64,000 nt of DNA. Source: the human T2T-CHM13v2.0 reference genome, Homo sapiens. The DNA lies in the NCBI RefSeq assembly GCF_009914755.1, contig NC_060930.1; one strand, 5' to 3'. Shown here in pieces: positions 37,980 to 50,499 of this stretch; position 1 is the stretch's first letter, and each line of letters opens with the position of its first letter. The translations under genes and the position numbers were made by a program. The notes under the pieces were generated by a model. It did not search any database and had not been told where the DNA came from. It saw nothing but the letters and a program-made list of their open reading frames with translations.

Positions 37980-39440
37980 ATATTCCGTAGCTGGCAGAAA
38001 GGAATGAAATTTAAAAAGAATAAACACAAAATGAAAATAGAAACCCTAGAGGTAAGAAACAGCCAAAACTTCCTTTCACTCTGAAAGACATGGAGTGCAG
38101 GGAATAAGATACAAAGCCTAGAACCTTTGCAGGATCGATAGTCTTACAGCAGACACTTTCACAAAGCTCAGACTCTAGTGTAAAGATTTGAGTGAAGATT
38201 AAAGAACCCACAATGCTGAAGGGGACAGCAAGGAAATTTTCCTGTATCAACTTTTGTTCTGGGATGAAGGGAAAAAAGAATATAACAATTTATGTCCAAA
38301 AGCAACCCTTAAGTAAGTTTGAGGTCCAAATTCCCACTGAGTTGTTCTAAAACACTTAAATGGAGAATTTAGCTAATTCTTGTCCAGGGTTGGTAATGCC
38401 TTCGGAAAAAATTTGCAAAAGCAAACTCAATTCTTCTCGGGTGAAATACAACTTTAAATATGCCCTCAAGAATTTACGCATATCAGGTTTTCAGCTGTAT
38501 GAGTACAGGTAAAAAAAACAACAACTCTCTCTCTTATACCACACACACACACTCACACACACACAGAAATAAATAAGAGACCGTATGAGAGAGCCAGATG
38601 AAATAATAGACTTCACAATGAGATTCAACACTTTAGACCTTGTTACAAATGCATCTTAAGTTATTGAGGATAACTAAAAATACGCATACTAAGAGAGTAC
38701 AATTTTCAAACAAGTAGAAGGAAAAATGTGATGAAGAAAACCCAACTCCAATCTCAAAAATACAAGAAATGAGTAAAAGTGAAAAAGAAACAGGAAAACA
38801 AAAAACTCAGTTCAATAACAAGTACATATAAAGTTGGTATAAATAAATCCAAACACAGCAGTAGTCACAATATAATAAATGGGTTAGTCTCTCAAGTGTA
38901 TCATTTCCAAACTAACAGTAGAATGTAATGAAGAAACAAGACTCTAATCCAAAAGAAGACAAAAATTAGTTAAAGCAAAATGAAACAGAAAATATAAACA
39001 GAAAACAATAAAAATACATAAGAAGGTGGTACAAATAAATCCAAATGCAACTGTAATTGCAATAAATATAAACGGTTGAACTAAACTAGTTTCTAGTTAA
39101 CAAAAAATTATCAGATTAGAATAAAAAAACTTGCTTCTTACACAAGATAAACTTCATATTACAAAAACATAAAAGTAAAAGGATGAGAAAAACAGACTAA
39201 AAATATACTAAATCAAAAAAAGTGATGTTATTTTGAGACAACATAGATTTTTAAAGCAAAAGGCATTATTAGATATAAAAAACACTAAATTGGCTGTAAA
39301 AATGATTGAAATGATAGGGGAACAAATCCACTATTTTAGTAGAAGTTTTAAAAATATAACTCTCCAGGAAATGATAGTTCAGGGAGACAAAATAAAAAGT
39401 GAAGATACAAAGCATTGATATGTTTGATCAAATGGACAGA
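37980..39440 (+). mobile_element. Old L1M 5'/ORF1-ORF2 junction fragments
   Basis: ORF2 N-terminus-like gtggtacaaataaatccaaatgcaactgtaattgcaataaatataaacgg; atagattttttaaagcaaaaggcattatt. Confidence 0.55.
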
Positions 39441-40049
39441 ATGATGCTCCAAAGGCATCACCCTGCTTGGACGGACTCAGTATGAGTTCACCACTGATCT
39501 GCATTACATGTGTTATATATGTTTTCCATAAGCATGTAGATCTATCTCTAGACTATTCTCTATTTACACCTGCATTGAAATAATAGCAATGTAATTGTTA
39601 AATTTTTTAAATAAAAACAGTGGTAGGACAGTATTTTCAACAGCCATGAGGCATGACACTTGTAAGTAGAATATAGCTGAATGAATATATAGGCATATAT
39701 ATTTTTTCATTACTTTCTCTATGGATTTGACATGTAAATATTATCTTTTTGTTTGTTTCAACATTAGCATAATTAAGTAACGATAATTTAAAATTCAATT
39801 CTATAATTTTTAGTATTTGTTTTGCACCACAAAATAATAAAAATCTTAGCATGATTTTCCCATATAACAGTCTACAACATGTCCATATCTTGTGATTTTA
39901 GTTAAGAATTTTGATTTCCCTACTTTTAAAACACAAAATTAGTATTTATACAGTGTAGTTAATTAAATTTACTAGGTTATTTAATCAAATTTACTGCTCT
40001 TTTGTTTTCATTTCTTGTGATAATTTTATGCATCTTCTAGACTGCTTTA

Positions 40050-40680
40050 AGGGATGCCTATGGCTGGCAAAACATGGTTTCTGGATAAGGGTGTTTCCAG
40101 AAGAGATTAGCATTTGAATCACTGGAGTAAATAAGGGAGATCTACCATCAATAAGGTGGGTGGGCATCATCTAATCTGTTAAGGATCCACCTGAATAGAA
40201 CAAAAAGGTGAAGGCAGTGAAAACTCTGGCTTTCTCCTTCAGCTAGGACATTCCCTTTCCCTTGGACATTGAAGCTTCTGGTTTCCTTGGAACTCTACTG
40301 GGACATACAAACCACTTTCCTGTGAACTCCACCATCTTTGGCCTCAAACTAGGAGTTAAACCATCAGCTCCCCTGGTTCTCAGGCCTTTGGACTTGGACT
40401 GCATTACACCACCGGCTTTCCTGGTTCTCCAGCTTGCACATAGCACATAACGGGACATCTTGGTCTCCATAATCATGTGGGCCTATTTCCATAATAAATT
40501 TCCTCTTACATATGTGTGTGTGTGTGTATACATACATACATATATATATATACACACATATGTTCTGTTGTATAGCTATATACACACATATATATGTGTC
40601 GTATATTCATGTATGTGTGTATGTGTGTTTATATGTATATATATAAAATATCCTGTTGGTTTTGTTTATCCTGACTAATA
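40050..40680 (+). mobile_element. MLT2 (MLT2B/D-like) LTR with internal (TA/TG/CA)n
   Basis: agggtgtttccagaagagattagcatttgaatc; cctggttctccagcttgca; tcctgttggttttgttt...ctgactaata. Confidence 0.88.
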
Positions 40681-41017
40681 TTCTGACTTACCTCCTTTTT
40701 CACTATTCCTTTGATATAGTTCATGGATAAATTTTCTTTTGGAGAATAACTACTGGGTAAAAGATCTTAGATGTTATATGTCAGAAAACATTTCTATTTT
40801 GCCTTCACTCTTGAATAACATTTTAGTTAAGTATAAATTCTATGTTGATAGTTTTCTTTTTCTCCCTTCCATCTTTCCTTGAATATAATTATTCCGTATA
40901 ATTTTGAAGTACACTGTTGCAGATGAGAAGTCTACCTTCTATCTGACTGTCATTTGTATATAATTTTTTGTTTGGCTCTGGTAGATTTCAGGATTGTCAC
41001 TTTTTCCTTCATGTTCT

Positions 41018-41697
41018 TGTAGGGACAGAAAGGTGCAATACCTTTCCTTGCCCATCAGAAGGATCATAGCCCACACTCCTATGATAAAAGACAGGTTAAC
41101 AAGAGAAGAGCACAACGAATTTATTTAATCAACGTTTTACGTGACACAAGAGACTTCAGGAATGCAGAGCTCAAAAGGCCCAGGAAAAACGGTTTTTATG
41201 CTTAGGCTTGATGAAGAATAGACAACCATCTAGAAATGTAACTGGAAAAAAGTTATGATCTAGTGATAGCAGACTGAGGGGAAAAGTCCACCAAGGCCTG
41301 TCTGTTCAGGTTCTTCTTGGCCTCTCTGTGTAGCGTTTCTTCCTCCGGGGTATGGTGCAGGACTCCTCTGGAATGAGGGTTTTATGATCTATTATCAGAC
41401 AAGGTAGGTCAGAGAACAATTTTATGGCCAGCTTCTACAGAAAAAGGTGGGGGAAGGTTATAGTAATGTTTCTAGGTTTTATGGCTTGCTTTGGAGGAGA
41501 AGGGTTCTAGTTTCTATGACTCGCTTTGGAGAAGAGAAACTGGTTTCTATGATTTGCTTTAGGGGAAAGGGAGGGGCAGGAGACAGGAGGCAGTAGAAAG
41601 TCTTGGTTGCTTCTGAGGCCCTCCAGTCTCCTTTAGTTCAAAGTACTTGGCAGGCTAAAGTGTCACACTATGGAGTATTATTTTCTCAGCCCCAATA
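41018..41697 (-). mobile_element. MER39/MER34-family ERV1 solo LTR
   Basis: Reverse complement starts tattggggctgagaaaataatactcc...tactttgaactaaagg, like the MER39 5' end. Confidence 0.8.
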
Positions 41698-41751
41698 CTA
41701 TAGTATCAGCACACTGTGTATATGTATGGAGTTTGCCAACAAATCAGAATA

Positions 41752-42070
41752 CAGTAGTCCCCTCTTATCTGCAGGGAATATGTCCCAAGACCCCCCGTGG
41801 ATGCCTGAATGGCAGAGAGTACCGAAGAACCCTATATATACTATGTTTTTTCCTATAACACATTTCTACAATAAAGTTTAATTCATAAGTTAGGCACAGT
41901 AAGAGATCACCAGCAATAATTAATGATGAAATAAAACAATTATAACAATCTTCAGAATGGCATACAATTCTAAAACATAATTTTTTATTTCTGGAGTTTT
42001 CCATTTAAAGTTTTTGAACTGCAGTTGACTGGCAGTAATTGAAACCACAGAATGTGAAACCATGGAAAAT
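41752..42070 (-). mobile_element. MER44-type (Tigger7-derived) DNA transposon
   Basis: ta|cagtagtcccctcttatctgcaggg TIR; ggatgcctgaa; gtaattgaaaccacagaatgtgaaaccatgga. Confidence 0.85.
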
Positions 42071-42353
42071 TCTGGAGCATTCTCAAGCAGTTATTGCTTC
42101 AATATTACATCTCTACCAGTCTTTCTCATTAAGGAAGAGTTTTAGCCTTTACATATCTATATTTATTCTAGCTTCTCTGAACTGTATGCCAGGTGAGTTC
42201 CATCCTTATGTCATCTCCCTAGTCATTCTGTGGTTGTTACCATTTTTATATTAATCATATGTATTGAATTTTATTTTAATGGCATTATTTCTTATTTTCA
42301 GGATGTTTAAATTATCTTTTTATATTCTCGATGTATTTCTTAAGAATCTCTAT

Positions 42354-42669
42354 TTTTTTCTTTTCTTTCTTTCTTTTTTTTTTTTTTTTAAGACAGGATC
42401 TCACTCTGTCACCCAGGCTTGAATGCAGTGATGCAATCATGACTCAGTGCAGCCTTGACCACCTGGCCTCAGGTGACTGTCCTACCTAACCTTCTGAGTA
42501 GCTGACACTACAGGTACATGCCACCCACTAGCTAATTTTTTGCATTTTTGGTAGAGACAGGGTTTTGCCACGTTGCCCAGGCTGGTTCTGAACTCCTGGC
42601 CTCAAGCCATCTACCCACCTCAGCCTCACAAAGTGCTGGGATTACAGACATGAACCACCAGGCCTGGCC
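42354..42669 (-). mobile_element. AluJ
   Basis: gacaggatctcactctgtcacc, gcagccttgacc, gttgcccaggctgg, ctcctggcctcaagc. Confidence 0.92.
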
Positions 42670-43071
42670 TGGATTCCTAAATTTTATAATTTGTTAAATT
42701 TAAAGCAACCTATGCCTCCTTTTTCCCTTGAAAATCTTCAACATACTTATTTTAAAATTCTTGTCCCAATTTTTTTACAAGTTTAAATTAATTGGAATGA
42801 ATTTACATTCTAATTGTTGACTTTTTTTTAGCTGTGTTTTGATATTAAATTTTTATGTGTTTTATAATTTTTACTGTCTGTCTTTCTCTCCCTTACCCTC
42901 CCTCCCTCGCTTCCTCCCCCACTTCCTCCCACCCTAACCAGCAGTCTGAATTTGCTTCTGGCTAGCCCTCTGATTCTTCAGTAGAGAACCAGGTCAGATA
43001 ACCAGATAGTTACTGACTGGTGGTGATATTGGAAATATTAGATAAATTCATAAAGCCAGTGATTGGTATAG

Positions 43072-43374
<303 letters not shown>

Positions 43375-43855
43375 TCCTGAAACATCAGTGTCTTACAATG
43401 TTTTGCATTTATATTCCATTTCTGGTCAATGGAGATCCTTACTTTGAATTTGAGTTTGGCTGTGCCATTTTGTTTCTCTATATTTTATCTGCTGGTTATC
43501 ATGGAGAAGGGGAGTTTATCAAAGGGTGTATGGATGCTTTGTACTATTTTGACCTGGATATCAATTTATTCATCTTACTATTTGCTTTTTCATCATCCTT
43601 TTCTGCCTTGACCCATATTTTGTCTTCTGATATTGTGATAATTTTTGAAAGTTTGCCACAGGTCTTTAAGCTTCTTTTTAATTTGTTTAGTGTCTGGCTA
43701 TTGAACTGCAAGTCTTTGCCACCCTTCCAGGTGTAGTTCTATTATTCTTGGAACTGCTATTGCACTGTTTCTTGGTCCTCTGCATTTTACTGCGCCATAG
43801 TCCATTCTTCTCTTACACTATTCTGTTATGTTCTGCGTTTTTTTCTCAAATGCAC

Positions 43856-44830
43856 TGGAGGGGAGAAAAAAATAATGTCTTTTCCTTACCTACTGGTAGG
43901 TTAATGACTGAGGCACCTATAATAAAAGCCAGATTAATGAAAAAAAAATACAAATTTATTTACTGTTTTACATGACATGGGAGCCTTCAGAAAAGACCTG
44001 AAGAAACAGGGAAACCTGTGTAATTTTTTACTCAGATTTTTAATGCTCAGGCTTGATGAAGAATGTACAGTTGTAGGGAAGTATGATTGGACAAAGTGGG
44101 TATGATTTAATAATAATAAACTGGGAGGAATTTAGCAAGGCCTGTTTGTTCTGATTCTTCTCTGTGTCCCTGTGTCTTCAGAAGTAAGTATGGAGTCCTA
44201 ATTAGGGAAAATGAGTCAGACTGGCAGGAGCAGGGAAAAACAAAAAGAAAAATAAGATCTCCAAGTTGCTTTTCTTCATGGTCCAGAACACACAGCCCTC
44301 CTGCACAAATAATTCACAATCTTCCTGCATCCACATATTACCAAACCCTTGGCTGAAAGAAAAATTCAAGTTAGCTCACTGCAACCTTGGTGTTATCAGT
44401 ATTGCACAAAGCCCTCTTCAGCCCACAGCACAAGCACCATCCTATGAAGTCCTCAGCAAGCCTTTGTTTCCCTGCGATCAGTTCCTATCTTGCTGACTTG
44501 CCCATTACACCCTTGCAACATATTTCCATACTTCTAATAAGTCTGCTTTTCTTTACCTACAACTGTTTCAGTAAATTCTTTTACTGCTTGTGTGACACTG
44601 GCCCCAGATAGCTGTGACCTGCGACAATAAGGATGTTCTTTTCTTCTGGGTATGAGGAGGGCACCCCAGAATGAGGGTCTATGACCTACTTCAAAGGAAG
44701 ATCAAGAATTATTTTATGGCCTGCTTCAGAGGAAAATGTTGGGAGAAAATCAGAGAGACCGTCTTGCTTCTACTGTTTTCTTAAATGCCACAGTGCCATA
44801 TTTTTGGGGTAGTGTGCCCTGAACTCCATT
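43856..44830 (-). mobile_element. MER34-family LTR (host of MER83)
   Basis: Reverse complement starts ...ggagttcagggcacactaccccaaaaatatggcactgtggcatttaagaaaacag; similar to the LTR at 41018-41697. Confidence 0.8.
44189..44626 (+). mobile_element. MER83-type solo LTR nested in MER34
   Basis: tatggagtcctaattagggaaaatgagtcagactgg ... gacctgcgaca; flanks gtaag/ataag form the TSD. Confidence 0.8.
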
Positions 44831-45039
44831 AGTACCATTTTTTTTTCTATTGACCACTTAAATGTAGGTATTATTTTTAAAACTCTGAATTCTAGCCATC
44901 TGACAAAAAGGTTCTTGAATTTATAGGATGTGCTCTTGCTATGTGTAACCAGATCTCATCTTGGTTCTTCTAACTTTCACAGATGTCTTTGGTGCCTCAT
45001 CCATATCCTGTTTGCATTCACTCTAAAGGTTTACTTTTT

Positions 45040-45457
45040 GCAAATACTTGACTCTCCACTTAGGGCACTCTTCCATTTAGGGAATTTTTTGTTTGTAGTA
45101 ATTTGCTTAGTCCACATACAATACAAATCAGAAGTCCTGGAGGTGTAATACCTCCAAAACAAGTCACCAGAAATTTTGGAGAAGATGTGTTGTGTAATTG
45201 TGACAGGTTCCTTGCTTCTCATTTGGGATAACTATGATGCATGTTTTGCACTGTCTCCTGGAGTTCCTTAGTGGTACTTAGCTCCAGTTGCCCACAGTGG
45301 TAACTTACTTGTAATGTAGCTTCTATTGATTTTATTTCTTTCCCTTTTTTTCTGTATTCTTTTGTAGACACTTACCTGGATCACTGAAAAAACAAATTAC
45401 TTATATTCTAAACTTTTTCACTGAGTTTGCTTCTGGGGAAATTCAAACTCAGATACA
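45040..45457 (+). mobile_element. LTR16-like ERVL LTR
   Basis: gctccagttgcccacagtggtaactt ... tgcttctggggaaattcaaactcagataca. Confidence 0.7.
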
Positions 45458-45621
45458 AGTCAATCTCATCTGCATACTGTATTTAGTGTTTATCCATTTC
45501 TATTTGGTGTCACAACATATTTTGGCTATCGCTTCTGAATGTTTTTATTTGCTCTCTCTATACATATCTCCTTTTTCTATTGCTAAACTATTCATGTACT
45601 CTTTAAGAGAAGTCCTCTTAT

Positions 45622-46339
45622 TGATATTGACAGGAGGCAGGGGAATACTGGGTAGAAGAGGGTGGTTCCCTGGCAAAGGCCCCACCCTCAAGCCTGGAAA
45701 CCCATGGGCCTAAATGGGAATAGGCATTCCTGTTTTGGTGCTGAAATGGTGCCTTTTCCAAGACCACTCTGGCCTACCACACCCCTATCCTGTGTCCATA
45801 TATACCCCAAGCTCCACTGGCAGAGCAGCAGAGTTGCATGGCAGAGAAAGAGAGAAGAGGAGTATCAACGTCAAGAGGAATTTGGCTAGGGACTGTGGGA
45901 GAGGAGCTCAGCCACAGGACGGCTGAACTCCAGGGGAAGATCATCTTCCCACTCCATCCCCTTTCTGGCTCCCCATCCATCCTGCTGAGAGCCACCTCTA
46001 GCGCTCAATAAAATCCCCACATTCACCATCCTTCAAGTCCATGTGACCTGTTTCTTCCTGGATGCCAGACAAGGACCCCGGTACCAAGAGGGCAGGATGT
46101 AAAAGGCTGTCACCCTGACTCTCCCCTGAGCTGGTTAACACTGAGCCATCTGTGAATGGTAACTGCTGAAAGGGCATTAATTGTAACACTCCTAGATGCT
46201 ACTGCGGGCCTGGAGCCCAAAAGCGCTTGCCCTGGTGCTTGCACCTGCCCGTCTGCGTGCTCCTCCTCCTGTACGGGAGCAAACGAGCCATGCCCCTGTC
46301 GCGAGTCCCATGAAGGGGTCAAGGAACTCTCCTGTTTCA
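45622..46339 (+). mobile_element. MER50 solo LTR
   Basis: tgatattgacaggaggcaggggaatactgggtagaagagggtggttccc ... ggaactctcctgtttca; AATAAA near 46007; TSD ttat. Confidence 0.9.
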
Positions 46340-47546
46340 TTATTTTTGCAACAGGTGCTAAGATTCCAGCAGCATCCTTACAAAAATTCTCCTGTATTTA
46401 CTCCTACGGTCTCTTCCTTTTGGTCTTCCTTGTCTCTCTTTGGAAACATTAAGCTGCTTTAAAAAACTGTTATATTCACAGTATAGTTTTCACACTCAGG
46501 CATAGTTTAGAGTAGGCATAGGCAAGACTTTATCATCCACATAGATACTATGAGTTGGTTCATTTTGTAGCAGCAAAGTTGTGATTGCACAGTGCATTCA
46601 TAGGAAGCTATACCTGTTTGTTGACTTAAGAATTTAAAAGAGGGGACTGGTAGATGGTGTGATTTAAAGCTTGGTTTACAGAAATCAGATGTGATGGCAT
46701 CTTATAGTACTACTTCTTTTCTTTCTACTTTTTTGGTATAAAATAATATTTAATAATACTTTATTTGGATAAAATACTTAATACTTAATATTATATAGTA
46801 TATACTTAATAATACTTTTATTTGAATAAAATAATTATCTAATGGGTAAAATGGTTAATCTGTGTAGATGTATTCTGGATACATAACTATCTTTTATAAT
46901 GCTACAACTAGCAAGAGCTTTCTTGTTCCTTATTTGTTTTTCTTCTTTCCATTTTTTCAGCAGGGAAGTCACATTGATTTCTGCAATAGAAAGAAGGCTA
47001 AAAACAGCCGCAACCTGCTCTATGGGGCAATTTAGTATCAATAATCAGCTAGCAGAATAGATAACATTCAGAGACAAAACATCACCATGCAAATTCAAGA
47101 GCATTTAGACCCAACTTACTTTTAATCTCTCCCCAGTTGACAATAGGCAAATATTGATAGTGGGTACTAAAATCCGTAAAGCAAAAAAGAATGATTTTCA
47201 TGGCTATTGAAAAAAGCCACTGGAGTCAGTTGTTTCTTTTCATCTGCCAGTTGCTTCTCCTTTTTATCTCTTTGAATTGGCTTATTGTTTCAAGCTTTGT
47301 CCCTCACTTAGAGGCAATTTACACAGAAAAGAGGTTTTCATTTGCATATTCTGCTGAGGAATTCAAAGCATGTTTCCTTGGAAACTTTGGTCGTCTGAAA
47401 CAATTATTTACATAAACAATGTTTTCAATCAAGGCTATTATTTCTAAAGGAAGAAGAGTATTAATAGTTTGCCCCAAATAAAGCATAAATTAAAACTAAC
47501 ATATTTTATCCTGAGTTTCATTAGGATTAGCAAAATTTAATTATTT

Positions 47547-47887
47547 TGTTGTAGGACTCTTTCCTTAGTTCAGCTAAAGACAGGGGTCCTTAACACATGG
47601 CCATAAAAAATTAGGCTCGCAGAAAAATTTGAAGGGTGAGGAGGGCAAGGTTTATTGGGTGAAAAGGAAAAGAGAGAAGCAGGGACTCTCTGCAAGGCCT
47701 GAGTCCCTGCTGGTGTGCTTCTCGCCTCGCAGCTGGAATCCCAGGTTCCACCCAGGAAGAGGAGGGGCCAGGCTCCTCCCTGTTGCAAATGGCATGAACT
47801 TCTGTGGTTCTACTCTAGTGTGCACTCTTCCCAGTGTACAGGCTTCTTGGAGTTTCTCTGGGGGTCCCTTCCCACCTGGTTGTCTCA
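47547..47887 (-). mobile_element. MER61 solo LTR
   Basis: Reverse complement tgagacaaccaggtgggaagggaccccc ... ctgaactaaggaaagagtcctacaaca. Confidence 0.85.
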
Positions 47888-48062
47888 TGTTCATCAACAA
47901 CTTGAAATAATCACCAAAAACTTTCATAACATATATTAGGTTACATGTTCTATACATTATACAATAGTATCCCCTCCTACCCAATTTAGGACCAGTTGGT
48001 GAAAAGTTAACTGAAATAGTTGTCTAAAGTGTTATATCAGAAAAAAACAAAAAGATAGATAC

Positions 48063-48200
48063 TGTTAAAGAAAAAATATTTATGTCACTTGTTAAAGATG
48101 GTAATGCAGTCTTTATTCAAAGAGGGCCCTAGAAATAGGTATAGGAACCCCTGCAATGGGATTCTGCAGCTGGGGAGAGGGAGTAGACTCAACTCCAGCT
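48063..48200 (-). mobile_element. ERV1 LTR fragment (MER31/MER67-like)
   Basis: tgttaaagaaaaaatatttatgtcacttgttaaagatggtaatgcagtctttattc. Confidence 0.5.
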
Positions 48201-49247
48201 CCAACTGGGACAATACCATAATTCATGCCAAATTTTAATTTTAAAATTTATTTTCAAAATAAACACAATAGTGAAGATGTAAAAAATATTTGTATATATA
48301 AAGACAATATATGTATATGTACATCACACATATATTCTGTTTTTTAAAATAGGAATTCCTAAGCGAATAATAACTCTATGCTTTCTCTTACATTAGCAAA
48401 TTATTTGAAATGGGGAGGCTGACATTCGGAAATGTTATCAGATGTGTCTTATAATTTTCCTCTTTTCTCTAAGTGCCAGTTCTGTTCAGAAGTTGAAAAA
48501 CAAATCAAGTATCACCCACCTATTTAACATTGTTGTCAAAATCATTCAACTGCACGTCTAGCTGATCCCCAGATCTTTGACTCCCAATTATGACAAGGTA
48601 TCTAGTGTTTTCTTTTTCAGTTTCTTACCCTAATCTTTATCTCCATTTTTTGTAGCTTATTTTCTTTCCCCAAATGAAAAGTTATGTCATAACTAATTTG
48701 TTGCCTTTCTACTTACATATACTTATATTAAAAATTTGGGCATTGTAAGAAATGATGTAATAGTAGAAAAGATAGATTTGGAACTTATTAAACTGAGTAC
48801 AAGAATAGGGAGTGGATGCACCATTGTCGTAAAATCCAGTTTATCTTCGCAGAAAGAAAACCAAATGTCTTGAATATCTTTTACATCAGTCTGAGTTTGG
48901 TAGCCTATATATTACTGATAGTTGACAAATATGTATTGAAAGTTTCAAAATTGTAGAGGGAAATTGAAAACTTATTTATTCTGGCAAAACCAACATTCAC
49001 TTTACTAGAATTTAGGCAGTCATCTCGGCTCTTCATGGACAACATAACCTCAAAATTATGACAGGAATGAAGGAAAAAATCCTCAGTAAAATTCTCAATT
49101 CTCAGTTTGGTTCCATGTACTTAGAAGTTCTTCATGTTTTATTTAAATGAATTTTCATTGTCAAATTAAATACCACTCACAAATTTTTCTCTCCAGCCAG
49201 ATTTTTTCTCGAATATCAGGTTTGTATATCTGTCTGCAGTTAGTGAC

Positions 49248-49731
49248 TTTCATGCGCGTCCGTGTGAAGAGACCACCAAACAGGCTTTGTGTGAGCAACA
49301 TGGCTGTTTATTTCACCTGGGTGCAGGCGGGCTGAGTCCGAAAAGAGAGTCAGCGAAGGGAGATAAGAGTGGGGCCGTTTTATAGGATTTGGGTAGGTAA
49401 AGGAAAATTACAGTCAAAGGGGGTTTGTTCTCTGGCGGGCAGGAGTGGGGGTCGCAATGTGCTCAGTGGGCAGGAGTGGGGGTCGCAAGGTGCTCAGTGG
49501 GGGTGCTTTTTGAGCCAGGATGAGCCAGGCAAAGGACTTTCACAAGGTAATGTCATCAGTTAAGGCAAGGACTGGCCATTTACACTTCTTTTGTGGTGGA
49601 ATGTCATCAGTTAAGATGGGGCAGGGCATATTCACTTCTTTTGTGATTCTTCAGTTACTTCAGGCCATCTGGGCGTATACGTGCAAGTCACAGGGGATGC
49701 GATGGCTTGGCTTGGGCTCAGAGGCCTGACA
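49248..49731 (-). mobile_element. Solo LTR7 (HERV-H LTR)
   Basis: tttcatgcgcgtccgtgtgaagagaccacc ... gggctcagaggcctgaca; perfect 5-bp TSD gtgac (49243-49247 / 49732-49736); TATA at ~49378-49386 on the minus strand. Confidence 0.97.
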
Positions 49732-49839
49732 GTGACTCCCAAACTCAACTCCCAATCTGTCCCCCCACACCCCTTTGCACTTCCCAAACCCCATAAAAGC
49801 CATCTTCATTTCAATCAATAGCACAAATCCTTCCAAGTG

Positions 49840-50220
49840 CTTTGGCCAAGAACTTGGGTTCATCATTGACTCCTCTTTTTCTCTCTAATCCCATATCTAG
49901 TCATCAGGAAATTGTGTTTTCTATAATTTCAAAGTATATATAGCATCTTAACCACTTCTCTGTCTGAATCACCATCTATAGTCTAGAAGATTGGAGCAGA
50001 CTTCTGTATGTTCCTCCTAGACTTTTAAATGGTCTTCTTACCACCCATCTTGCTCCTTTACAATTTATTCACATTAAACCGACCAAGCGAGCTTTTTAAA
50101 ATGCAATTTTCATGTCATTTCTCTGATAAAATTCTCATTTGGTACCTCATTTCAATTTAAAAGCTAAAGTTCTCACAGTGGCCTATAAGCCCCATCATGA
50201 CCTGGCTTACTGTTACCTGT
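49840..50220 (+). mobile_element. L2 fragment
   Basis: ccaagaacttgggttcatcattgactcctc...aaagttctcacagtggcctataagcccc. Confidence 0.75.
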
Positions 50221-50499
50221 TTTACACAGGAATAGCGATCAAGATCTACCAGGGGAAGGGGCCTAGTGAACACAGCTTGGTGTCATGGAAAGCACTGAGG
50301 AGATCTTTGACTCCCAAACTAGGAGTTTGTACTCATAGGAATGAGTACTCATAGGAATTGTACTCATGGAAAAGAGTACAAATTAAAGGAACCTCACCAA
50401 AACGGGAATCCAGACTTGACTTTACTCAGTCCCTGATTAATGGTATGAGGATAGCTATGCCTCTCAATTTTATTTGTCAAGCAGCAGTTGGTTGGGAAA

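Noticed and set aside
47087-47421. Two octamer motifs plus a SOX motif near LTR7
   Set aside because: ATGCAAAT/ATTTGCAT occurs at many other positions in this AT-rich window, and these are not in composite SOX-OCT spacing
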